Positions 10,339 to 18,968 of a stretch of 32,000 bases of DNA are shown here, in pieces; within the stretch, counting starts at the first letter, position 1; the number at the start of each line of letters is the position of its first letter. The notes beneath the pieces were generated by a model, which was not told the DNA's origin, searched no databases, and saw only the letters and a program-made list of their open reading frames with translations. Where the stretch lies: contig NC_017039.1 in NCBI RefSeq assembly GCF_000284455.1, forward strand, positions 1,740,001-1,772,000. Reading direction: 5' to 3'. The position numbers were made by a program, and so were the translations under genes. The stretch comes from Synechocystis sp. PCC 6803 substr. PCC-P (GTDB lineage: Bacteria > Cyanobacteriota > Cyanobacteriia > Cyanobacteriales > Microcystaceae).

Positions 10339-10797
10339 TTATAGGGGAGCAACTTGCACTTCCACCGTAGCGATGACTTCGGGGTGCAGTTTGATTTGGG
10401 CTTGGTAAAAACCAGTTTTGTGGATATCCGGCAGACTGATGCCCCGGCGATCGAGACTTTGGTTGGTAGCCGCTTCCACTGCATCGGCCACTTCCTGGGT
10501 GGTAACGGTACCAAAAATAGCTTCCGCTTCCCCTACTTGTTTTTTGATCACAAATCGACCGATGGTTTCCAGGGCCACTTTGCGGGCTTCAGCGGCATCT
10601 TTTTCCGCTTTAAGCCGTTCTAGTTCCTTGAGCCTTCTTTGTTCCACCTGGCGCAAAATACCAGGGGTGGCCACCACTCCCAGACCCTTGGGAATGAGAT
10701 AGTTCCGGGCATAACCGGGGGCCACTTCCACTAAATCGCCGGTGAAACCTAGTTTATTGATAGTTTCGTTTAAAACGACCTTGACTCGCTTTGCCAT
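10339..10797 (-). CDS. rplI: 50S ribosomal protein L9
   Basis: MAKRVKVVLNETINKLGFTGDLVEVAPGYARNYLIPKGLG is the canonical L9 N-terminus. I trimmed the start to ATG at comp. 10795-10797 (152 aa). The longer track ORF reaching 10974 would overlap the divergent gene. Confidence 0.9.
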   Translation of the reverse strand: MAKRVKVVLNETINKLGFTGDLVEVAPGYARNYLIPKGLGVVATPGILRQVEQRRLKELERLKAEKDAAEARKVALETIGRFVIKKQVGEAEAIFGTVTTQEVADAVEAATNQSLDRRGISLPDIHKTGFYQAQIKLHPEVIATVEVQVAPL

Positions 10798-10978
10798 AAC
10801 CGTAATTTTTCCAATATGAAGTTTGTTTAGCTTGTGGAGCAATTCACAAACCTCCATCTTAACCTTTAGGGGGAATCCCGCCAAAATTGGCGATCGCCAG
10901 GGAGCAATTTTTACCTGGGGCAATGGACAGAAAGGCAAAGTTACTCTGTTACCATGGGGGACGGCCCTCCGCAACCAG

Positions 10979-11854
10979 ATGCCAATGTCCAGTCTGATTT
11001 CCCTTTTTCGCCAACATTATCCCCAGGGCAGTCTCTGCTGTGACCTGCTCGAAATTGACCGGGGGTTATATATAGTCCAAGCCAGCATCACCTTAGAAGG
11101 CATTGTGGTGGCCAGCGCGTTAGCAGCCCAGTCTCCCCTAGAAGCTGCTGAGGATTTAGCCAAAGAAAGGGCGATCGCCAGCTTGGATTTAACCCATATT
11201 TCATCAACAGTCCCACAGTCTTCCCCAACAGCCATTGTTGAAGATATGGAAGCGAAGCCATCGCCCCCACCTTCCTCCCCTAAAAAAGAAAGTAAATCTC
11301 CGAAGCAGAACCATAAAGTCGTTACTCCCCCCGCCATTGTCAATCCGACACCGGTAACTCCTGCGCATCCCCCTACTCCCGTTGTTGAAAAGTCGCCGGA
11401 AGTTGAGGCGGCGATCGCCCCTGAGCCAACCTTAACCCCCGCTCCCATTTCCTTTCCCCCTAGTCCTGATCCAGTGCTGTCCTTAGAGGAGCCGACCCCG
11501 CCTCCGGCAATGGTCAATAGCACCTTTAATCAACCGGAAGAGTCCGCTCCTATTGACTCCGAACTTCAACTCGACTTTGCGACCCCAGAATTACCCCTCG
11601 CTGTTGAAGCTAAACCAGATTCGCCTGAACCGGATATGGCGGTCTCCGGAGCAACAGAACTGCCCGCAGGACCCATGGACTTTTCGGAAATTATTGCCCG
11701 CAGTAACCTGGAACTAAAACGACTGGGCTGGACCAGTGACCAGGGACGGAACTATCTTTTGCAAACCTATGGCAAACGTTCCCGTCAGTTATTATCCGAT
11801 GAGCAGTTAATCGAGTTCCTTGCTTACCTGGAACAACAGCCAGACCCAAATTAA
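10979..11854 (+). CDS. Hypothetical protein with a long Pro/Ser/Thr/Glu-rich linker
   Basis: Starts MPMSSLISLFRQHYPQGSL. A globular-looking N-terminal segment of about 100 aa is followed by about 170 aa of low complexity (PSPPPSSPKKESKSP...PTPVTPAHPPTPV...). The C-terminal segment is ...NLELKRLGWTSDQGRNYLLQTYGKRSRQLLSDEQLIEFLAYLEQQ. The start was trimmed from the TTG at 10823. Confidence 0.6.
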   Translation: MPMSSLISLFRQHYPQGSLCCDLLEIDRGLYIVQASITLEGIVVASALAAQSPLEAAEDLAKERAIASLDLTHISSTVPQSSPTAIVEDMEAKPSPPPSSPKKESKSPKQNHKVVTPPAIVNPTPVTPAHPPTPVVEKSPEVEAAIAPEPTLTPAPISFPPSPDPVLSLEEPTPPPAMVNSTFNQPEESAPIDSELQLDFATPELPLAVEAKPDSPEPDMAVSGATELPAGPMDFSEIIARSNLELKRLGWTSDQGRNYLLQTYGKRSRQLLSDEQLIEFLAYLEQQPDPN

Positions 11855-11918
11855 TCGGATTGATCCTGCTTTTGTCCCAGGGTTGGTAAAACATAAATCC
11901 CCGGGACATTTTATAGGC

Positions 11919-13529
11919 TTAACTAGCTAGAACTTTTTCTGTTTCTGCGGCGATCGCCGTTGGACTGAGAACTGTTTCTTCTACTTTGTCCTGTTGTTGG
12001 CGGCTGAGATAATCTCGCAATTGTTCACCAATTTCCTGGCGGACAATTTCCCGGTATTGGAGGAAATGTTCGTTATGGGCGCAAAGGGTGATGTAGTGCT
12101 CAAACACGGCGGGATTATGGCGCAAAATACCGAAAGCATGGTGCCAGAAGCGGAACCTAGTGTCCCGTTTAACGCCCTGCCGCCAAATTACAATCGCCAA
12201 AGCCTTTAAATCCACTAAATTGGGGAGTTTGAAAGCGGTCTTGCATTTCGGTGCCCCCAGCTTGAGAAAACAACGGTAATTGCGGTCTAAATAGCCATGG
12301 GGATCGTATAACTCCCAGAAAGCCTCCACATACTCGTTGGCAATGTCTTCCAAGGGGCGAGTGGGAATAAAGTTCATCAACGTGGTTTGGTTGATGTTGC
12401 CTTTGCTCTCATCCAGCAGGCGATTTTCCCGTTTTAGTCGATGCCACAGGGCTGTGTTGGGTAAAGCCTGGAGCATGGCAAAGGTGGTGGTGGGAATGGC
12501 CGTCTGTTCCGCAAAACGGACAATGCGATCGCCAGCCCCCTGTTTTTCCCCATCAAAACCGATGATGAAGCCCGCCATGGGTCGCAGACCAGCTTTGATG
12601 ATTTTATCAACGGAGTCCGCGAGGGAATTACGGGTATTTTGGAATTTTTTGGTGAATTCTAAACTCTCTTCATCGGGGGTTTCAATGCCCAAAAAGACCG
12701 CATCAAAATAGCACTCCACCATCAAATCCATTAATTCCTGGTCATCGGCCAAATCCACCGAGGCTTCAGTGTTGAATCTAAAGGGATATTGGTGCTCTTC
12801 CTGCCAAACTTTCAGTTCCTTGAGCAGTAATTTAACGTTGCGCTTATTGCCGATGAAATTGTCATCCACCATAAACACCGATCGCCGCCAACCCAACTCG
12901 TAAAGATAATCCAATTCCCTGAGTAACTGGGCTGGTTCCTTGGTGCGAGGCTTACGGCCGTAGAGGACAATAATGTCGCAAAATTCACACTGGAAAGGAC
13001 AACCCCGGGAAAACTGCACCGACATGGAATCGTAGGCATCCAATTCCAGCAGGTCATAGCGGGGAATGGGGGTAGTGGTAACGTCGGGTTTTTCTTGGGC
13101 CCGGATAATACCTGCTGTTTCCCCCCGCTCCAACGCTTCCACAAACAGGGGTAGGGTAATTTCCCCTTCGTCCAAAATCAAAAAGTCTGCTCCGGCATTC
13201 TGCACTTCATCCGGTACTGACGTGGCAAAGGGGCCTCCCACTGCGACCAACTTACCGTGGGCCTTAGCTTCCTTGATGTTTTCCACCATGTCATCCCGCT
13301 GGACAATCATGCCGGAAATGATTACTACTTCCGCCCAATCCCATTCCGCTTCGGTCACATTGCGGACATTGCGGTCCACCAGCTTAAACTCCCATTCTTG
13401 AGGGAGAATGCCCGCCACGGTGATCAACCCTAGGGGAGGCAATAAAACCTTCCGACCCACTAGCTCCAGAATTTTTTCGTAGGACCAGAAAGTAGGGGGA
13501 AACAACGGATAGATTAATAGGGCGCGCAT
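11919..13529 (-). CDS. Class B (cobalamin-binding) radical SAM protein, BchE-like
   Basis: N-terminal B12-binding Rossmann-like region, then the radical SAM cluster motif SRGCPFQCEFCDI (CxxxCxxC), then a long C-terminal domain. 536 aa. Confidence 0.88.
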   Translation of the reverse strand: MRALLIYPLFPPTFWSYEKILELVGRKVLLPPLGLITVAGILPQEWEFKLVDRNVRNVTEAEWDWAEVVIISGMIVQRDDMVENIKEAKAHGKLVAVGGPFATSVPDEVQNAGADFLILDEGEITLPLFVEALERGETAGIIRAQEKPDVTTTPIPRYDLLELDAYDSMSVQFSRGCPFQCEFCDIIVLYGRKPRTKEPAQLLRELDYLYELGWRRSVFMVDDNFIGNKRNVKLLLKELKVWQEEHQYPFRFNTEASVDLADDQELMDLMVECYFDAVFLGIETPDEESLEFTKKFQNTRNSLADSVDKIIKAGLRPMAGFIIGFDGEKQGAGDRIVRFAEQTAIPTTTFAMLQALPNTALWHRLKRENRLLDESKGNINQTTLMNFIPTRPLEDIANEYVEAFWELYDPHGYLDRNYRCFLKLGAPKCKTAFKLPNLVDLKALAIVIWRQGVKRDTRFRFWHHAFGILRHNPAVFEHYITLCAHNEHFLQYREIVRQEIGEQLRDYLSRQQQDKVEETVLSPTAIAAETEKVLAS

Positions 13530-13661
13530 GGCTTCTCGCTAAGGGAAGATTTATGTTAAAAAATCTAGGAATTGATTAGGTATGGGCTCAACTTTAGCTA
13601 AAGCTAGCACACCCTTGCCAGGAAGTCCCCGAAAGCCAGACCGTTGGCATAGATAAATCCT

Positions 13662-14180
13662 ATGGTTAACCATGGTTATCCCCTAGGCCGCTCCCTCTTG
13701 TCCATAGCTATGGCTATGTTGGGGGCATTGTCATTGGTTTTTCCCTTGCCTCTGTTAACCCAAGACATGGTTGACAGTGAGCGTTCCCTGCCATTGCTGG
13801 GGGACCATCCCCTGGAGGAAAGGTTAATTGATGGCATGGATGAGGGGATCAAAAAAAATTACCGGGGGGCGATCGCCATTTTTACGGAATTAATTCTGCT
13901 AGATCCTAGCTATGCTGATGCCTATTTTAATCGGGGTATTGCCCGGGCCAGAATAGCGGACTACCAAGGGGCGATCACCGACCACAGCCAGGCCATTACC
14001 CTAAACCCCCAATTGGCCGAAGCCTACAAAGCTAGGGGGAAAATTTATTGGCAATTAGGAGAGCAAGCCCAAGCCATTGCTGACCTAGAAGCGGCCCTAG
14101 CCCTTTTCTCTGACCAGGAAAATCTTGTGAGCCAACGGGAAGCCTGGGAACAACTGCAAACATGGCATGGTAATCCTTAA
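13662..14180 (+). CDS. Secreted or periplasmic TPR-repeat protein
   Basis: Signal-like N-terminus (LLSIAMAMLGALSLVFPLPLL). Three TPR-like units follow (AIAIFTELILLDPSYADAYFNRGIARARIADYQGAITDHSQAITLNPQLAEAYKARGKIYWQLGEQAQAIADLEAAL). Confidence 0.8.
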   Translation: MVNHGYPLGRSLLSIAMAMLGALSLVFPLPLLTQDMVDSERSLPLLGDHPLEERLIDGMDEGIKKNYRGAIAIFTELILLDPSYADAYFNRGIARARIADYQGAITDHSQAITLNPQLAEAYKARGKIYWQLGEQAQAIADLEAALALFSDQENLVSQREAWEQLQTWHGNP

Positions 14181-14261
14181 GAGCCTGTTTGGAAAGTTTT
14201 ATTCCGCCCCCTAAATCGACCCACTAAAGCTCCGGCAATACTGGAGGACTTTCACTCATTT

Positions 14262-14294
14262 CCCCCCAAATTTGGAGGGCCAGGGGGGCTTTTC
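14262..14294 (+). terminator. Weak candidate terminator after the TPR gene
   Basis: C6 (14262-14267) and G6 (14283-14288) arms with a 15-nt loop, followed by CUUUUC. The stem is short and the U tract is poor. Confidence 0.3.
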
Positions 14295-14619
14295 AAACAC
14301 GTTCTTAAATAGGCCCCAATATTTCTTCTCAACTTCTCCGACAGTTTCCCAAGCCCGTCGATCAATTTTTAACTCCCCTTGCCCACGCCCTAGTTTTACT
14401 GAATTTTGCCGATCTTTTTGTCGATTTGAGGGACACTTTTTGCCCACAAATTTGCATATTTGCCCTGGATTCGGGACCATTAACTTGAGTTAAACAAAGT
14501 TAAGTTTTATGGCATTTTTCTTTCCTCCCAAATAGCCTTGCTAAGATAGCGGGAAAGCCGGGTTGCTAGTCCCATGGTTGCTTTTTTATTGAGTACAAGG
14601 TAAGCATAAATACCTAAAC

Positions 14620-14940
14620 ATGAGACATTTTTGCGACGCTTGGATTGAAGAATGGTGTGAAGCCAATGGTTGGACGGATTTGTTCATGGAAAGACTCAAT
14701 TACTATTGGGCTTTTCCCCCTGGGGCTGTCATGCCGGAGCCCATTCCTGGCAAAATTCTCCGGGCAATTAAACTAGAAAAAGGTCTTTGCGAAGAAGAAA
14801 AAGCTTGGTTAACCGCCGCTGTGGCTGTTTCTGCTTTGGCGATCGGTTCTGCTTTTCTGCTCAAAAATCCCATGCCTGTAGTACTGGCTTTTGCTTTTGA
14901 CGCTGTAACAGCGGGGCGTTTAGAGATGGAAGAAATTTAA
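14620..14940 (+). CDS. Small hypothetical protein with a C-terminal membrane segment
   Basis: 106-aa ORF. The N-terminus is Trp-rich (MRHFCDAWIEEWCEANGWTDLF). One or two hydrophobic helices follow (AWLTAAVAVSALAIGSAFLL..PVVLAFAFDAV). No family recognised. Confidence 0.5.
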   Translation: MRHFCDAWIEEWCEANGWTDLFMERLNYYWAFPPGAVMPEPIPGKILRAIKLEKGLCEEEKAWLTAAVAVSALAIGSAFLLKNPMPVVLAFAFDAVTAGRLEMEEI

Positions 14941-15009
14941 AAAATTTGAGAAGATTAATCCATTACCTGCGATATCAAACACTCTGATTGGAGTAACTAA
15001 GCAACATTT

Positions 15010-15612
15010 ATGGCTGATTCCATCACCCCAGACTCCAATGAACACAATTATGCTGAGCTGGCTCAACAATGCCAGAATTTGGCCAGCCAAGTCCAGAGCC
15101 TCAGCCAACGGGTGGAAAATCTGGAAAGCAAACTGACCTTAATCCCGGACATTGAGCGCTATGGTAGGTTGCAGGAATGCTTAATTGCGGGGGATTTTAA
15201 GACGGCGGACCACGAAACCACCCGCATTATTCTCGAAACCCTCAATCGTAATCGGGATAACCTCAGCCCAGAAACTTTATCTGCTTTGCCCTGTACAGTT
15301 TTAACGGTAATTGATCGCCTGTGGCGTACCTACAGCGAAGATCGTTTTGGCTTTAGCCGGCAATTGGAAGCCTATCAAAAGGTAGGTGGTAACACCGATA
15401 CTTTGCGTACCCAAGACCGGAAAGTGATGGGGGCCTTTGCCCAGGAAGTGGGTTGGGTGCAGGAAGGAAAGGTTCGTTTTGATGAGTATGACCAATGGGA
15501 TTTTTCCCTCAATGCTCCGGTGGGTAGTTTCCCTGCCATTTGGTGGAAGTCTCCCTATGGTTTGAAAATGGTGACTTTTTTCTTCATTCGTTTGTTTGAA
15601 TGTAACGGCTAG
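15010..15612 (+). CDS. GUN4-domain protein (short GUN4 paralogue)
   Basis: An N-terminal coiled-coil-like stretch (AELAQQCQNLASQVQSLSQRVENLESKL) precedes a GUN4 core pattern: FKTADHETTRIILE...LPCTVLTVIDRLWRTYSEDRFGFSRQLEAY...FAQEVGW...FSLNAPVGSFPAIWW. Confidence 0.78.
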   Translation: MADSITPDSNEHNYAELAQQCQNLASQVQSLSQRVENLESKLTLIPDIERYGRLQECLIAGDFKTADHETTRIILETLNRNRDNLSPETLSALPCTVLTVIDRLWRTYSEDRFGFSRQLEAYQKVGGNTDTLRTQDRKVMGAFAQEVGWVQEGKVRFDEYDQWDFSLNAPVGSFPAIWWKSPYGLKMVTFFFIRLFECNG

Positions 15613-15621
15613 CCCGATGCC

Positions 15622-16251
15622 CTAACTACAGTTTTTTAACGCTTCGATATCAGCCCCGGCAATTTTGTCCAGATTGCGGGTAATTTTCTCTATGTCCCAA
15701 TCCCACCAAGCAATGGTTAACAAAGCTTGAACTACTTCGTCCTTAAAACGTTGACGGATAGGACGGGCGGGATTTCCCCCCACAATGGTGTAGGGTGCCA
15801 CATGGTTAGTGACAACGGCTTTGGCGGCAATAATGGCCCCGTCTCCCACCTTTATTCCGGGCATAATTACCGCTTCGTACCCAATCCACACATCATTGCC
15901 AATGACTGTATCTCCCTTATGGGGCGGTTCTTCTTCCAGTTCTGCTGTTTGCCAACCATTAGCAAAAATTGCAAAGGGATAGGTGGAAAATCCTTCCATG
16001 GCATGGTTAGCCCCATTCATAATAAATTTTACATTCCGGGCTAGGGCGCAGAATTTGCCAATGATCAGGCGATCGCCAACGAAGGGAAAATGGTACAGAA
16101 CATTGCGCTCAAAGTTTTCTGAATCTTCGGGATCGTCGTAATAGGTGTAATCACCAATAATTATGTTGGGGTTAGAAACAGTATTTTTAATAAAGCAAAT
16201 CTGGGCAAATCCCGCCATGGGATGCTTATTTTGGGGATCTGGGCCGTACAT
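15622..16251 (-). CDS. Xenobiotic (Vat/CatB-type) hexapeptide-repeat acetyltransferase
   Basis: MYGPDPQNKHPMAG...IIIGDYTYYDDPEDSENFERNVLYHFPFVGDRLIIGKFCALARNVKFIMNGANHAMEGFSTYPF is the characteristic Vat/streptogramin-A-acetyltransferase-like pattern. Confidence 0.82.
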   Translation of the reverse strand: MYGPDPQNKHPMAGFAQICFIKNTVSNPNIIIGDYTYYDDPEDSENFERNVLYHFPFVGDRLIIGKFCALARNVKFIMNGANHAMEGFSTYPFAIFANGWQTAELEEEPPHKGDTVIGNDVWIGYEAVIMPGIKVGDGAIIAAKAVVTNHVAPYTIVGGNPARPIRQRFKDEVVQALLTIAWWDWDIEKITRNLDKIAGADIEALKNCS

Positions 16252-16311
16252 TATTTGTCACCCGTAACGGTTCTGGAGTCGTGTCTATTTCTCTATTCTT
16301 AACTCTAGGAA

Positions 16312-16542
16312 TTAAACTCCCATTTCTGCCAAGTCTATCAAAGTTTCCTGGGCCGCCTCTTCGTCCACAATGCTAATGGCAAAGCCCACATGGACAATCA
16401 CGTAATCCCCCACCTTAACCTCGGGTACGTAGGCAAGGCTAATGGTTTTAATGATGCCCCCAAAGCTAACCTTTCCCGTCAGTAACAGGGGATCGGAGTT
16501 GGGCATTAAACTGACAACCTGGCCAGGTAGGGCTAGACACAT
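16312..16542 (-). CDS. hypC: Hydrogenase maturation chaperone HypC/HupF family
   Basis: Trimmed to the start MCLALPGQVV... The essential N-terminal Cys2 is typical of HypC. 76 aa ending ...VGDYVIVHVGFAISIVDEEAAQETL. Confidence 0.82.
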   Translation of the reverse strand: MCLALPGQVVSLMPNSDPLLLTGKVSFGGIIKTISLAYVPEVKVGDYVIVHVGFAISIVDEEAAQETLIDLAEMGV

Positions 16543-16619
16543 GGGAGGAAAGGAAGGAGGAATTGGCAAATAAGTCAGTGGAGCTTTGAGAAAAACCAAA
16601 CCTGGGCCATGGTTCAACT

Positions 16620-17570
16620 TTAACCCAACAGTAAAGTTCCCATTTGGGCCACCAACTGATGGGTGACGGGCAAACTGTCAATCACCATGGCCAGGCAGAG
16701 CAACATTAGGTAAAAAATGGAGAACTTGAACAATCCCCTAGCCAAATCCCGATCGCCGGGAGCCTGTTTGAGTTGCCAAGCTTTGACCAGAAATTGTCCC
16801 CCCAAAATAATGGCGATCGCCAGATAAAGTATGCCCAACTGGTGCAGAGGATAAACTAGCAGCAAACTGAAAGGCACCACCAACAGTGAGTAGTACCAGA
16901 TTTGGCTAACGGTTTTTTCCTCCCCCGCAATTACCGGCAACATGGGGACATTCACCTGGGCATAATCATCCTTGATCATCAAAGCCAGGGCCCAAAAGTG
17001 GGGGGGAGTCCAAAGAAAAATTAGCGCAAACAGTACCCAGGGAGTCCAGCTTAAATCCCCCGTAACAGCGGCCCAGCCCACCAAGGGGGGAATGGAACCC
17101 GCAGCCCCACCGATGACAATGTTTTGGGCCGTGTGTCGTTTCAGCCAATGGGTATAGACCAACATGTAAAAGACAATGCCGGATAATGCTAGGCAACCGC
17201 TTAGTACATTGACAAAGGTGGCCAAAAGAGCGAACGAAAGTACCCCTAAGGCTAGGGCGAAAATCAACGCATGGCGGGGTTGCACTTTTCCGGCTGGGAT
17301 GGGTCGGGCCCTGGTGCGGAGCATTTCATAGTCAATGTCTTGGTCGTAAATACAGTTCAGGGTTTGGGCTGAAGCGGCTGCAAGGGTTCCTCCCAGCAGA
17401 GTGATCAGCAATTTGGGTAAATCCACCCGACCTTCCGAGGCAATCCACATGGAAGCAGCGGTGGTAATCAGCAAGAGGGGGATAATTCTCGGTTTGGTTA
17501 ACTGATAATAACTTTTGCACACCGCCCCCATGGAATCGTGTTGGCGATGGATTTTTGTCGAAGTAACCAT
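16620..17570 (-). CDS. ctaB: Protoheme IX farnesyltransferase (heme O synthase)
   Basis: UbiA-family polytopic protein with the CtaB/CyoE pattern ([55 protein letters not shown]). Confidence 0.93.
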   Translation of the reverse strand: MVTSTKIHRQHDSMGAVCKSYYQLTKPRIIPLLLITTAASMWIASEGRVDLPKLLITLLGGTLAAASAQTLNCIYDQDIDYEMLRTRARPIPAGKVQPRHALIFALALGVLSFALLATFVNVLSGCLALSGIVFYMLVYTHWLKRHTAQNIVIGGAAGSIPPLVGWAAVTGDLSWTPWVLFALIFLWTPPHFWALALMIKDDYAQVNVPMLPVIAGEEKTVSQIWYYSLLVVPFSLLLVYPLHQLGILYLAIAIILGGQFLVKAWQLKQAPGDRDLARGLFKFSIFYLMLLCLAMVIDSLPVTHQLVAQMGTLLLG

Positions 17571-17720
17571 AGAGAATCAAAAGAAAGGGTAAGCAGGGGG
17601 GAGATCAAAAATTTTTCCTGAATTTTAAGCGAGTATTCCCCAACTGGACAAAAAATGGCAGTTAGTTTAACCGCAACGGCAGAAATTTCCCTCCCTAGGG
17701 AGACTTAAAGATTTTTATCA

Positions 17721-18662
17721 TCAGGATGTAATGGGGGCCGTCGGTCGATGGTCCCGCACCGCCAAAACGGCGATCGCCAACAGGGTAGCCCAGAGACAAA
17801 TTCCCACTGTATGGTGGGCTACGGTTAGGGGTTCAATTTGTAAATGGAGCTTTAGCGTAGCAACTCCCAATAGGATCTGTCCCCCCAAAAGGGCTAGGGC
17901 CCCATTGCCCAACTGGCGCAAAAAGGGATTTAGGGCCGGAGTGCGCCTGGTACACCAAAAAGTCAGTCCCACCCCCAACACCGTCGGTAACACCCCCAAC
18001 AGATGACTGTGCAACACTTGGCAAAATTGTGTGCCGGCGATCGCCAAACACTGATGGGCCGCCCACTGGGAACCCACCAATCCCCCCAGTAAACATTGCA
18101 GATAAATGATGGTGGTGCTAGCCAGGGCCACCGGCCTTAACTTGCCCGCCGTTTGATTACTTTGGTAGGGCATCAGACAGAGACCAATGATCACCAAAGA
18201 ACCCAAAAAAGCCATGGCTGTGCCCAAATGGGCGGTTACAATGTCAAACCGTAGCAGTTCGATCACTGTCAGCCCCCCCAACAATCCCTGCACCAGGATC
18301 AACGCCAGGGAGCCTAAGGTAGCCCAGGGTAACCACTTGGGTAGAACCCGACGGAACCACCAGCTCAAGCCCACCAGAATCAGGGTACTAAAACCAATCA
18401 ACGCGGCATCCAAGCGATGGAACCATTCCAAAAATACCTGTAAATTCATTTGTTGACTGGGAACCCACTGACCATAGCACAGAGGCCAGTCAGGACAGGC
18501 CAACCCTGCATTCATCACCCTGGTGGCACTGCCCACCGCCATCAATAACACTGTGGCAATGACAATTTTCCATACCAGCCGACGGATCCAGACTTCAACC
18601 TGGACAAAGGCTTGGGGTTGACTTTGGGAGCGAATGGCATTGGGGAGAATAGACTCAGCCAT
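17721..18662 (-). CDS. ctaA: Heme A synthase (COX15/CtaA family)
   Basis: Multi-span protein with conserved His and Cys pairs (ACPDWPLCYG, FLEWFHRLDA, VTAHLGTAM, VAHHTVG). It lies immediately upstream of ctaB on the same strand. I chose the start at MAESIL (comp. 18660-18662). The track ORF extends to 18719. Confidence 0.82.
   Translation of the reverse strand: MAESILPNAIRSQSQPQAFVQVEVWIRRLVWKIVIATVLLMAVGSATRVMNAGLACPDWPLCYGQWVPSQQMNLQVFLEWFHRLDAALIGFSTLILVGLSWWFRRVLPKWLPWATLGSLALILVQGLLGGLTVIELLRFDIVTAHLGTAMAFLGSLVIIGLCLMPYQSNQTAGKLRPVALASTTIIYLQCLLGGLVGSQWAAHQCLAIAGTQFCQVLHSHLLGVLPTVLGVGLTFWCTRRTPALNPFLRQLGNGALALLGGQILLGVATLKLHLQIEPLTVAHHTVGICLWATLLAIAVLAVRDHRPTAPITS
18037..18044. repeat. 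HIP1 octamer; the last copy before a 4.6-kb stretch with no HIP1
   Basis: Exact GCGATCGC. By eye, the next exact copy is at 22623-22630. Confidence 0.85.
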
Positions 18663-18968
18663 GGTTTTGATCTGCAACCTCAACGATGGGGGCAAGGGGG
18701 GGAGAAAAACCCCAGTCACCGTCAGATTCTAACCAACACTCTCCCCAGGGGAAAGAAAACTTGGCTACAGCATCAATATTCTTTAGATTTACTTCAGATT
18801 TCCCTGCCCTAGGCGATTGATTTAGTTGAGATCGGGAAAATTTGGTATTTAACCGGTTACATGTAGTTGCGTGGAGGTGAGCAATACACTTAAGCTATTT
18901 TATCTGGTGAATTAAATTTGAAGTTATTCTTGTGGCTATCATGGGAGTAATTGCTTCCCATCACAGCT

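Noticed and set aside
10798-10974. Long forms of rplI (to 10974) and of the divergent gene (from the TTG at 10823), which would overlap each other by about 150 nt
   Set aside because: The canonical L9 N-terminus starts at 10797, and the other protein has a plausible ATG at 10979. The overlap is an artefact of calling the longest ORF.
11017-11523. 168-aa minus-strand ORF antisense to the proline-rich gene
   Set aside because: It is the Gly/Ala/Ser-rich mirror of a Pro-rich coding region, a typical composition shadow.
12337-13401. Plus-strand ORFs (12337-12711, 13066-13401) inside the radical SAM gene
   Set aside because: They are antisense to a gene with clear family motifs, and their products are Arg/Ser-rich nonsense.
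14256-14493. Two overlapping antisense ORFs in the 440-bp gap as small protein genes
   Set aside because: They are mutually exclusive, have no ribosome-binding context I could see, and are Pro/Ser/Phe- or Lys/Gly-rich with no motif. The region is treated as non-coding (see findings).
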